From: Zootoca vivipara | Lineage: Eukaryota | NCBI RefSeq assembly: GCF_963506605.1 | Contig: NC_083284.1 | Span: 51,584,001-51,648,000, forward strand | DNA: 64,000 nt | Direction: 5' to 3' | In this document: piece after piece, positions 1 to 10,400 of the stretch | Layout of the letters: each line of letters begins with the position of its first letter | Numbering within the stretch: position 1 is the stretch's first letter | The notes under the pieces: generated by a model | The model's input: only the letters and a program-made list of their open reading frames with translations | The model's database searches: none | What the model was told of the DNA's origin: nothing | Made by a program: the position numbers and the translations under genes

Positions 1-2
1 GG

Positions 3-407
3 ACCTGTAAGCTCATCGGGGCGGAGTGCTGTATGTATGTATCCGATCAGACCCTGAATATAACAGCACACCTCCGAGCCATCGATTCCCTAACAAAAGA
101 TCTCCACGAGGTGCAGAATGAAGGGGTCTCAGACTGGGATATCTGGTCGTGGCTTCCCAATGCCTCCTGGCTCAGGGAAATCGTGAAAGGCACCCTTTTT
201 CTAGCTCTATCTTTGATCCTCCTCCTTACCTCCCTTTGCTGTTGCCTCCAATGTTTCCCGGCTATGTTAACTCCCCGCAGACAAAAGCCCTCCCCAACCT
301 CCTTTCAAGCTCCGTTATGTCCTTCCCCTGAGTTCCCCGAGATAGTACCGATGTTCCACCTTGGGAGTGGGGAGTACATTACCCCGGTGTGCGGAAATAA
401 TTTTTAA
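3..407 (+). CDS. env: ERV env, C-terminal part of TM subunit (gamma-type), truncated by window start
   Basis: Frame from nt 3 reads TCKLIGAECCMYVSD (CX6CC motif), then a Trp-rich membrane-proximal segment (DWDIWSWLPNASW), a hydrophobic anchor, CCCLQC and a cytoplasmic tail; followed by PPT and LTR. Confidence 0.88.
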   Translation, partial: TCKLIGAECCMYVSDQTLNITAHLRAIDSLTKDLHEVQNEGVSDWDIWSWLPNASWLREIVKGTLFLALSLILLLTSLCCCLQCFPAMLTPRRQKPSPTSFQAPLCPSPEFPEIVPMFHLGSGEYITPVCGNNF

Positions 408-439
408 TTACTTAAAAATTAATCCGCAGAGAGGGGAAA

Positions 440-1890
440 TGTTATAAGGGGCAGGGTAAGAGGAATTTGCCCCCATGCATTACGAGACTACCAATGTACA
501 GAGAGGGGACAGTTTAGCCAGAGAGAAGCCATTTTCTTGACTTCATGGTTCAAAAGTCAAGAGAAGCCTATTCTGCCGTATCAAGGTAAATTAATCCCCT
601 GCTGACCCAGACAGTTCCTCCAGACCTCTTGGAAAACACACGCACCCTTTTACATAACCCATTGCTAAATCCTGTCTCACACCCACATGGAAACTTGCAT
701 AATCGCACCTCCAGCCAGATAACCAAAAACGATAACGATCACCCATTCTCGGAACTTCCACCCTCCCAAATCCCCGCCTGAGGTGCCCTCCCTTGTACTT
801 TTCATGACCCAGATTCAGCTGAACCATGGACCTTTTTAAGATATATATATTTATCCCTAATAAACTATTCCGTTGTTCCTTTAGTAATGTTATGGTGTCC
901 TCTATCATGTTACCCGATGCATCTCCCTATTCTCTACTCTGTATGAAACTGTATCTATTTACGAAACCGCAATAATATAACCTTGCACTGATACCTTGAA
1001 CCTTTCTATCAAATTGTACCTGTTTAAAAAATCCTGCCATCCTGAAGAATTAATTGTTTGACTCTACTATTTGCAAAGGTTTCCACTTATGCACCCTTCT
1101 AAGCTTTTAGTTCGTTGTCCTTGATAAAATGTTATAAGCTGTCAAACATCGCTCTGAACTGTGAACGTTTTACCGCTGTTAGAATTGTATCCTCTCTGTG
1201 TATTATTAGTTACTGTATAATATCTTCTTCTTCTTTAACTTTAAGTGTAGTCTTTTCTCTCTATTGCAAACGTTGAATATTTGTATAAACTTTGTTGCAA
1301 GTTAATAGGCACCTCTGTGGCACAACATATTTTACGGACTGTTTCCACTTCTTCTTGATACCACACTGCCACCTAGCCAGTCTAAAAGAGCACGACTCAA
1401 ATACACACTTTCAGTGAGAACAACAATTTTATTTGATAAACAGGTGTTATCAACAATCTTCCCACATCCGCAGAGTCTTCCTGTCAAACAATAAGGAGAC
1501 ATGCATAATCATTACCTGGACTATCACCATGATATCTTACATCAAGAATTCCATCAACCCCTTTGTCCTCTCGCGATTACCCCCTCCCAGAACCCATTTC
1601 CCCACCTTTTATGCAATTCTGTACTATTGGAAATGAAACCTATAAATTTGTGAAGCTTCCTTTGTTCGGGGTCCCTTCACTTCAACTTGCTTGTGTGGAC
1701 GGATCGCTATTGCAATAGCTTTATTATTTAATTAATAAAGTACCTTGCTTCGTACGTCCTGGTTTGGCCTCTGTTATTTGGTAGGCAGGAGACGCTCAAA
1801 CTTCGTCTGCCTGCCAGGATACCTGGACTCTTCCTGGGTCAAGGATCCACTTAATTCTAGGACCGTGTAGCTCTGCAAATTTTTACAACA
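440..1890 (+). mobile_element. 3' LTR of class I (gamma-type env) ERV, ~1.45 kb
   Basis: PPT AGAGAGGGGAAA at 428-439 immediately before TGTTATA; ends TACAACA at 1890; TATAAA 1641-1646; AATAAA 1734-1739. Confidence 0.75.
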
Positions 1891-3400
1891 CCTCCAAGAC
1901 TTAATTCTTTCTTTTAGCATTGGAAAGGTGTTTAAATCCTACTTCTTTGTATGTGAGAGTTGGCTCATTGTTTTCCTTTCACAGATTTGTCCTCTGCACA
2001 TGCTCAAGCGACTAATAATTAACTGTGATTTTTTTCTCTGAAGGAACTTCCAGGAACAAGCTTGTTTGATTAATAATATTCCTTACCTACAGGAGTCATT
2101 GTCTCTTGATTTAAAGTGTTTATTTCTTTTTGGTTGTATGATTCTTCTTTTATCAGCTATAGGGTAAAGTTCAAACACTTAGCTATTGTATGTTGTCTTC
2201 TTTCTAAGATGGTTGGATTTTTTCTTAGCTACAGCAGGTTCTAGGTTTTTACATGAACAATCTTAATTCGGTTGTAGTTTGGGACTAAATTTGGTGCAAA
2301 TAGTTGGATTTTCTATGTTGGCTGCTACACCATCTTGGCAGTATTCATTTTTTCCTTATTTGCTGAAGTATATAGATGCAGCTTAACCAAACAGTTTGCA
2401 GAGTATTTTTTAGTTCATTTCTGTGGGTATGTGAATGCATAGCAGTCTATTAGCATTTTTTCTTCATTTTAGCATTTTTTACAAGTCTTATTTGCATATT
2501 TTATTTTGAATATATCCTCTCAACATTTTGGAAGGCATGAGACCTCTGCTTTGATTTCTCTTTTGTGTAATTTCTTGGGATTCTTTCTGCAGTAGTGCTT
2601 AGGTTTTATCTTTCTCTTAAATGTTAGATTCTTGGATTTTCCTGTGATCTTCTGGGTCTCTTTGTCAGAGAATACAATCCTATATCTATTACTAGCCTTA
2701 GATTTAATATGTTGTGGCTGCAATTCTTTATATTTTATTCTTTATTTCTCATGCTTATTCATATTGCTGTTATTTCCTATGAAGATTTTAGTCTTTTTGT
2801 ATTTGGCTCTCCTGGATATAGTATGTCAATCTATTTTCTTATTGTTAAGTCCTATTGCTGCTATTTCTTTCTTCAGTTTGCATTTTCTTTCCTCTAACGC
2901 TTCTTCTTGAAGTTGGCTTTCTTGGCTACACAAGTAGTTTATGGTGTATTTTGCTCTTGTGATCATAATTAAGAGGTGATCCATTCTTTGCCCTCTGTCA
3001 CCAAAAAGCTTGCTGTGGGATTCTCTCAGATCTCAAATTCTATTGAAGATTAAAACAGCATTGTTTAATTTTTCTGCAAAGAGTGCATGTGCCAGTCCAG
3101 CAATGGTTTTCTTATTTCTCTGACCTATATTGGTCCATTCAAAAGCATGGATGCTCTCTATTTAAATACATTTTGTATTTTACTGCCTATTTCTTTGGCT
3201 CTGTTTTTAAGAAGGTGCCCAACAGGAAGTTTGATATTCTAACCTGTAATTGGAGTCTTTTCAGTATTTTAGAATGCTTATATTTTTCATAGCTTCTTTC
3301 CACATGATTAATGTGAAGAATTTGTCTTTTCCATATGATTCTATTATTTTTAATTATTAAATCTCAGTTTGCTTGCTGAACGCCAGGACTGAAGGTTTTC
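1891..3400 (-). mobile_element. Degenerate L1-like ORF1 region
   Basis: A-rich minus strand with broken Lys/Arg-rich frames and remnants resembling L1 ORF1 motifs (EDH-RKSKNLTF ~ EDRSRRNNLR; W-x-FP-x-KITV); boundaries approximate. Confidence 0.45.
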
Positions 3401-3649
3401 TGGTATATTTGCATTATAAGGTTTGTATCCAGTGTGAATCAGAATAGTAGATTTATCTTCTAACAGGTAGCACTGAGGTTCGCTACGATATTAATCCAAA
3501 TTCTATCTCAACATATTAGCGTAAGATTCTGTGGGAGCTAAAAAGTGCAGGCGCATTATAGGAAGATGTGCCTGGCATCTCAAATGTGAACATATGATCA
3601 AATGCCATTGTTACTATTCAAGGTCTCAGAGTCTTTGCCCCTTAGAGTA

Positions 3650-4554
3650 AGTCTCTTGCCAAACATAAACAAAAAAAGGAGGAATACCTATATACCTATG
3701 GGTCTTTGTTATTATTTGGGTCTTCAGTATTATTTATATTGAACACATTAAATTAACTCAAATTTACTAAATTAAATCATTTGAATATTTAGAAATATAT
3801 GGGGGAGGGGTTTTGCAATTGTGCTTTTTCCTCAGGTAAACCAATCCAGATATAGCAAGATGGGTGAAACCGTGGATCGATGGCATCAAGGGTTACAGCA
3901 GGAGTCGAGCCTGCTACAGGAGTTGGCGAATCTGCGAATACAGGATCCACTGCCGCAGGGGGATCCACAGAGGAATCGGGACCGTGTGCCACTACAGCAT
4001 CATCGAGTCACCTGAGGCCAAGTGAAAGCCTTATCCATGCAGGTTACTGAAATACTGAGAGTTCATGGCGTTGCGATGACACCTGAAAATCATCTCCTTG
4101 CTTCTTTTTCTTGTTTGACATCCACCTCTGCGAGGCCGCGTGATCATGACTACCATCGGCTACAGTAAAAGGGGACTGAAGGACACTGCTTGCCAGTTTC
4201 AGGGACACATCTTCTCCGTTGAGGAAATGGGTTATTTAGTTAAAGTTTGGAACATACGTTAAAGTTATTGGACCCTCACTTCTTGAGAGACTCAGTAATC
4301 TTATGGCGCTGATACAAAGTCTACCTGAAGAGACTGTTGCATTGTTTTCTATAATGCTTATTTATGTTTTGATACATTGTTCTATTTGTACCTGATGCTA
4401 AGTGGTTTGAAAGGTTACAAAGTTTATATATGTTTAAAAGCTTTGACAGCCTGTGCTCGTAAAAGCAGCAACAAAGTTCTACACAAGCACTCAGTACCGT
4501 TACATTTCTCTCCCTGTCAGCCTAGGTTCATTTTTAAACAAAAGAAAGGGGACA
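3650..4554 (+). mobile_element. Class II (beta-like) ERV internal remnant: integrase C-terminus plus deleted env
   Basis: WGRGFAIV at 3800-3823 and frameshifted ARWVKPW (class II integrase C-terminus); env-type acceptor TTTTCCTCAG at 3835; env leader motif T[W]GQVKAL...TPENHLLA; U-tract and PPT TTTTTAAACAAAAGAAAGGGG at 4531-4551; left boundary uncertain. Confidence 0.75.
3860..4168 (+). pseudogene. Betaretroviral env signal peptide / Rec-Rem-like ORF with one nonsense codon
   Basis: MGETVDRWHQGLQQESSLLQELANLRIQD...HHRVT*GQVKALSMQVTEILRVHGVAMTPENHLLASFSCL; TGA 4013-4015 sits at the Trp position of the TW[AG]Q motif. Confidence 0.7.
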
Positions 4555-5174
4555 TGTGGGGTTGGTGTATGATAGTAGCGTGGCAAACCCGCTAATCCTT
4601 AGGTTTAGCTAGAGTAATACTGGCAAACCAGTACAGTGTTAGGAATAGGAAGGTGAGGTATGGGTCAGTTGTGTTGGGAGAAGCTGGATGGACCTGGAGA
4701 GGTTCGGTTGAAACTGGTTTGATCTAGCCTGACAGGGAAAGATCGGGATGGGTCATGCTGAGGTGAGAAGAGCACAATGAATCCTTATGGGGAGTTTGGA
4801 AAGTTACTGAGGATCACAAGACTGAGAGGAGGGGGATGTTTGATGAGAGGGACATGTGACAGGTACTTGATGTGTGGGATGTGCAGTCCACCACTTCCTC
4901 TATGGTGGAGAAGTTAGGGTGTTGGCAGGAAGTGACCTGTACCTGTACATGTTTATGCATGAGGTTTGTTCTGTGATTGGCTGGAAGTTACATCGTGAGT
5001 TAATGTTTACCTGTCAAAGCTGCTGCTAATAAATACAGACCCCCGAGCTTTGCCTGGGGTTGTTCTTTGTGGAACTCAGCCTTGTCTTATGTCTCATTGT
5101 TGGATCTAACCATTGCTACATTCAGGGGTATGCGTCCCCCCAGAAGAAAAGCACTGGTGGCAACCACCTCTTCA
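4555..5174 (+). mobile_element. 3' LTR of class II ERV (~620 bp)
   Basis: Starts TGTGGGG after the PPT; AATAAA 5028-5033; ends GGCAACCACCTCTTCA, resembling ERVK-type U5 ends (alternative end at 5179). Confidence 0.7.
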
Positions 5175-6092
5175 TAACAATTTTTGAACATATAGATTAA
5201 CCATCTTAACAAAAAGTAGGCCTCTGAACTGCTGCACATATGTGACATCATTTAATTTGTGAACACTCAAGTTGAATGTGAAACATCTCAAGTGAAAAAT
5301 AGTGATGATGTTGGATGATGTGAAATTTCTATCTGGTAACTAATTTGCAAGTGAACTTGCATGTGTGGCCTCTTAGTTTTGTGCATGCAGGATCTTTCAA
5401 AGACAAACTTGTTAGAAAGTCTCCCACTGAGGCTTAGCTCTTTCCTATTGAAGGAAAGCTTCTTCAACAGCCATGATATATTGTGTTAGGCAGCTGCAGA
5501 CAGCTATTGGCTTATGCCTCTGAACACCAAAGCAGGCAGTATTTAAGAGTGTTTGCAGCTACTGTATATGAATACTTGTTGGAACACATGGTGCTGTACT
5601 GAATTTATAAAAACCACCAACTTTGATTGGTGCATGACTTAAGGCCCTAAAACAGCTCAGGACCAGGTTACTTGTGAGATTGCCCTGTCCCTTAGATTCA
5701 CCTAGTAGATTGCTGCCATCTGAGGGAGAGTTTTTCCTGCAAGTTCCAGAGATCTCAGAAGCCCATTCCACAATAATTCAGAGCAGAGTTGTTAGTGGGG
5801 CCCTGTTTTGTGGAATAGCATTTCTTTCACAATACAACAGGCACCCACTGTCTGCACTTTCTGAAAACAATGTTTTAAATTCATTTTTTGTTTTTCACGT
5901 TTAACTGTTTTTAATTATTTGTAAATTGCCTTGAGACAATGGTTTAGAAGACAATTAAACAATGGTAGTAATAATAACAAAAAATAAACTAATGTGTCTG
6001 GTTGTATGGAATATATAAATATTTTAAAACCTGGTTAAAAGTTATAATCCTCAAATAACTATTTATTTTGAAATAACTGTTTGCTTTAAAAG

Positions 6093-6407
6093 GATGAAGA
6101 ATATGTTTATATAATGGATGAAAATGGAAATATTGAAGAAAAAGCAAACACATACCACAACCTTACAGAAAGAAAATCTTTAACAGCAACACACGAAAAC
6201 AGAGAGCCGAACACCAAGAAAAGCTCAAGTATCACAGGGGACCATGAAAATGACACCTGCTTTTTGGAAGCTGCTGAGGATATAGAACTAGCTGAAGTTG
6301 CTGAAACCTTGGAGTTTCAGCCTTGGAGTACAGATGAAATACCTGATGATCTCCTAATAGAGGTTTCAAGAAAACACAAAGGAGATGAAACAAAAAACTC
6401 TACTTAA
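6093..6407 (+). CDS. PRIMPOL: PRIMPOL last coding exon (acidic RPA-binding tail)
   Basis: Acceptor ttgctttaaaag|GAT; reads DEEYVYIMDEN...DTCFLEAAEDIELAE...DEIPDDLLIEVSRK, matching the RBM-A and RBM-B motifs of PrimPol; AATAAA at ~6405 and ~6425; synteny with CENPU and ACSL1. Confidence 0.88.
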   Translation, partial: DEEYVYIMDENGNIEEKANTYHNLTERKSLTATHENREPNTKKSSSITGDHENDTCFLEAAEDIELAEVAETLEFQPWSTDEIPDDLLIEVSRKHKGDETKNST

Positions 6408-7340
6408 TAAATTAGGTATGGCTGAATAAAAAGCATTCACTAGGGTAGTTATGTTGGCAATAGCCAGACAAGCTAACCAACAATGTGCTTTTACTTGAGA
6501 AATCATGATGGTTTCAGCTAGCTAGTCCCAAGAGAACAAACACCAAAAAACATTAGTACCCCTTACAGGACTTATAGGGCTGAAACAACTTAGCAACCAC
6601 CAAGATGCCAGTTACTGAAATATGCTCTCTCTTAATTCTAGAAATGGATTAGTACAGCTAAATAGTCAAATGAATAAAGTTATAGTGTAGAAAGTGATTC
6701 GTGTAATTCACATACATGTCCAACTACACATACATTAACTGTTTTGCACAGAAAGTGAGATTGGCAGAAGATGGGACAAGCCACCTGCTTCATTTTAAAG
6801 TGTTTTCCTCTGGTATGTTTTAATTATGTTAGTGATGGAAAACAAAGTAGCTTAATGTAATTTATACTACCCCGTGGGCCACAAGTAGCCAACTTGCTGC
6901 TGTTCAGATGTTCTTAGGGCTTGACAGCAAGCAGTGAGGTCACTTCTCAAGCTTGCCATTAAAAAAACTATCAAGGTTTATCTTGTTCATATTCAGCTTT
7001 CTGTCCTATCCCACTACTTCCTATTTGCCTCCAACTTAACTGGCAATTAAAAAAGCATTTATTGCTTTGTATGCTGAGTTCAGATAGCAACACTAAAAGT
7101 ACCAATAGTTTAGCCACTTGAGAAAAATCTAATCTTCAAATTTCCTGCTTCAACTACAATACTATTAGAGGTGTCAGTGGGGTGGCATTCAACTATGTTT
7201 TACTCCGATTAGACAAAGTGAAATTAATTGACATAACTTAGTAATGTTCATTAATTTCAATGGGTCTCTGCTGTGCAGTTGTATTTAAAATATGGCAGAG
7301 TATTCGTTAGGCAGTAAAGTGTAAATTATATGAAGTATGT

Positions 7341-7463
7341 CTAGTCCTCTGTTTGTGAATCTAAAACCTGTTGTAATTTTGAGTTGATACAGCGAACGTG
7401 GCTTTCAGCTCCTAAAATTATTTGTGATTCCACCAGGAGTGCAGGAAGGCTGGAGGCACCATA
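7341..7463 (-). CDS. CENPU: CENPU last coding exon
   Basis: YGASSLPALLVESQIILGAESHVRCINSKLQQVLDSQTED*; AATAAA on minus strand at 7058-7063. Confidence 0.92.
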   Translation of the reverse strand, partial: YGASSLPALLVESQIILGAESHVRCINSKLQQVLDSQTED

Positions 7464-10400
7464 CTATGAAAAAAGAAAACAGGGAGAAACAATGTTTCTA
7501 AGAAAGGCAGTATTAAAGCACTTTGTGAAATAATTCAGTCACAGCCCCACCCACCCATGCAGTTGCACCCAGATCAACACTAACCACTCACTGTAGTTTG
7601 GGGACAATTCAGAAGCAGGTTTGTCAAATTGGGTGGTAGCCTGGCAGGGCATTCCAGGGGCCACAGGATATACTGGATCTCCCTCTAGGTCAGTGTCACT
7701 TTTGTAGGTCCAAAAAGTAATAGCACCAAGGGTGGATCAGGTGCCTTTGGATCTGCTGGATCCAAACCCCTTCTTTCCCTTGGCATGCCACTGGGACTCC
7801 TGAGAGATGATTGAATACAGTACCCCTGGATCTGGTATACCAATTTTTTTCCTCCCACTGGATGGGAGGGAACTACAAAAGAAAAGGCCGGAGCAGCACA
7901 GAATTTGGGGCAGGGGGATGGTTAAATGTTATCACCACAATAAACCCTTTCAGAATGAGCACAACAGGGGTTGGGTGGTTTCTTTGCCATGGATTCTCCC
8001 ACACACCCAGCTGCCCAAAACAGCAGCAGCAGCAATTAGGATTGCTCTACCTAAGTAATGAAATACTGCATATGGCATCAAACTATTAAACACACTTACT
8101 ACTGTTTTTTCTTGTGGGTTTTCCTTTCTGACATTGACATATTTTTGTTTAAGATCCTTTAAATCAGTCACCAACTGAACTGCATTCCTGAGAGTGGATA
8201 GTTCTCCTTTTAGTTCAGCATATTCTCTTTCCAGTTTCTTTAGCTGTGATTCAGTTCTGCAAAACACAAATGTGTATGCATTGTGCCTTTATGAGCTACT
8301 TGGTTCTGCTAAAAAGTAGTTAACTGTAGCTAACATTCAAGTGATCTGCTCAGTCACACATGGGTGCATAGCTGCCAAGTTTTCCCTTTTCTCGCGAGGA
8401 AGCCTATTCAGCATAAGGGATAACTTGGCAGCTATGCATGGGTTCTTCACTGCCACAGAACAATGTTTTAAAGAAGAAGCTCCTGAGCCAAAGATTACTG
8501 ATTGATTGAATTTCTAAACAGCCCTTCAGCCTGAGGCTACCTTAGTGCATTAAACAGAAAGTAATAAATACAATAGAATGGGAGCTGGGACTTGTCCTTC
8601 CCTTCAAAGGTGCAGAGCCCACTCTATTTGCGTGCCTCAGTGCTTTTCCATCTAGCTCCTCAAGATGAGCTTCTAAGAGCCTACAGCAGGCATCCCCAAA
8701 CTTCGGCCCTCCAGATGTTTTGGACTACAATTCCCATGTTCCCTGACCACTGGTCCTGTTAGCTAGGGATCATGGGAGTTGTAGGCCAAAACATCTGGAG
8801 GGCCGCAGTTTGAGGATGCCTGGCCTACAGCAATAAAGAGGGAGAGTTGTGTGACTGTACAGCAGAACACTTGAAGAACATCAGTTTAAAGTAAGCAACC
8901 TGACTTCCTTCATGCTACGTGTGTAGATGCAGAAATGGAAGTTTACCAAGCTGGCCTCCCTGGAGGACACAATCCTGCAGGATGGTTCCCCCAAAGATTT
9001 CCTGGCTCTAAGATCTAAAGCATAGTGACTAATCACAGCATAAACTAGTTGGTTACATAACAAGTCTGTTAGCAAGACACCTTGAAACGGTTCAAATCCA
9101 TGAGACGGCCTCAGTGACAAATCAGCAACAATGGACTAATGTGTTTAAGTTGCAACTACAAAGACAACAAACTTTTAGCAAAAAGCTAAGGAAAAGGGTT
9201 TAGAGTTGACTGAATAACATGTATCCAACACTGCTGCTCAGCTGTCAGTTGAAAAAGACCTGGGCAGGAAGGCACTTGCCTCCACTAATTTGAAAGGTGG
9301 CTCTAGAATTTTCCAAAATGTTGCTTTGCACAAAAACCATATGTGACTCCACAGAGACCATGAAGAATCATCTTTTTTAAAAAAAAACCCTTGAAAACAG
9401 GTTGTCTCAAATTGTGTTTATGAAGCTTCTCGGTGTTTAGAAATGCATGTAACAAAGAAGAGAACAGTGCTCTTAACAATAAAATTATTCTCTGTCAACA
9501 TTGATAATTGCACCAAACAAGTGGAATTTATGATTCACGATAAAACACAAAATACTAAAGAATATAAAAAAGCATGCACAAATGAGCTTATGAGAGGTGT
9601 AGCACAAGAAAGCATTTTAAACTTTAATAATATAATTTAATAATTTAATTTAATAATTTTAGACCCAGGTGGCGCTGTGATCAGAGGGCTTGCTGATCAG
9701 AAGGTCGGCAGTTCGAATCCCTGCTACGGGGTGAGCTCCCGTTGCTTGGTCCCAGCTCCTGCCAACCTAGCAGTTCGAAAGCACATCAAAGTGCAAGTAG
9801 ATAAATAGGTACCGCTCCGGCGGGAAGGTAAACGGCGTTTCCATGCACTGCTCTGGTTCGCCAGAAGCAGCTTTGTCATGCTGGCCACATGACCCAGAAG
9901 CTGTCTGCGGACAAACGCCGGCTCTCGGCCTATAGAGCGAGATGAGCGCCGCAACCCCAGTTGGACACAACTGGACCTGATGGTCAGGGGCCCCTTTACC
10001 TTTAATATAAGAAGTATTCTGGACTACGTCTAAAACTTAAACAAACCTAAAATGTATTTCATGGTATTTCATGCAACATTTTAACTGATGGGAACATACT
10101 TCAGTAGTTCTCCTTTGACTTCTATCAAACGCTCCCTTTTCTTATTTGTTGCTCTCACCATCTGTAATGACAATAAATATATTTTAAGATTGAAAAGCAA
10201 AACATACAAAGGGTGATATCCAGCGAAGTCATACTTTGAGTAGACCCACTGAAATCAATGAACTTAACTAACGTGCCCGTTGATTTCAGTGGGTCTACTC
10301 AGCATATAACTAACATTGGATATCACCTCAGTCAGTCCTTAATAATTTGTACTCCAAGTTGTATTCTTCAGTTCTGCAGAACTTTCACTGTACTCTACAA

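Noticed and set aside
5380-5480. Possible penultimate PRIMPOL exon after an acceptor-like tgcag
   Set aside because: Stops in the candidate frames and no match to the expected FPLP-containing peptide
9662-9730. tRNA-like sequences at SINE heads (also ~15960, ~45850, ~62050)
   Set aside because: Heads of Sauria SINEs, not tRNA genes
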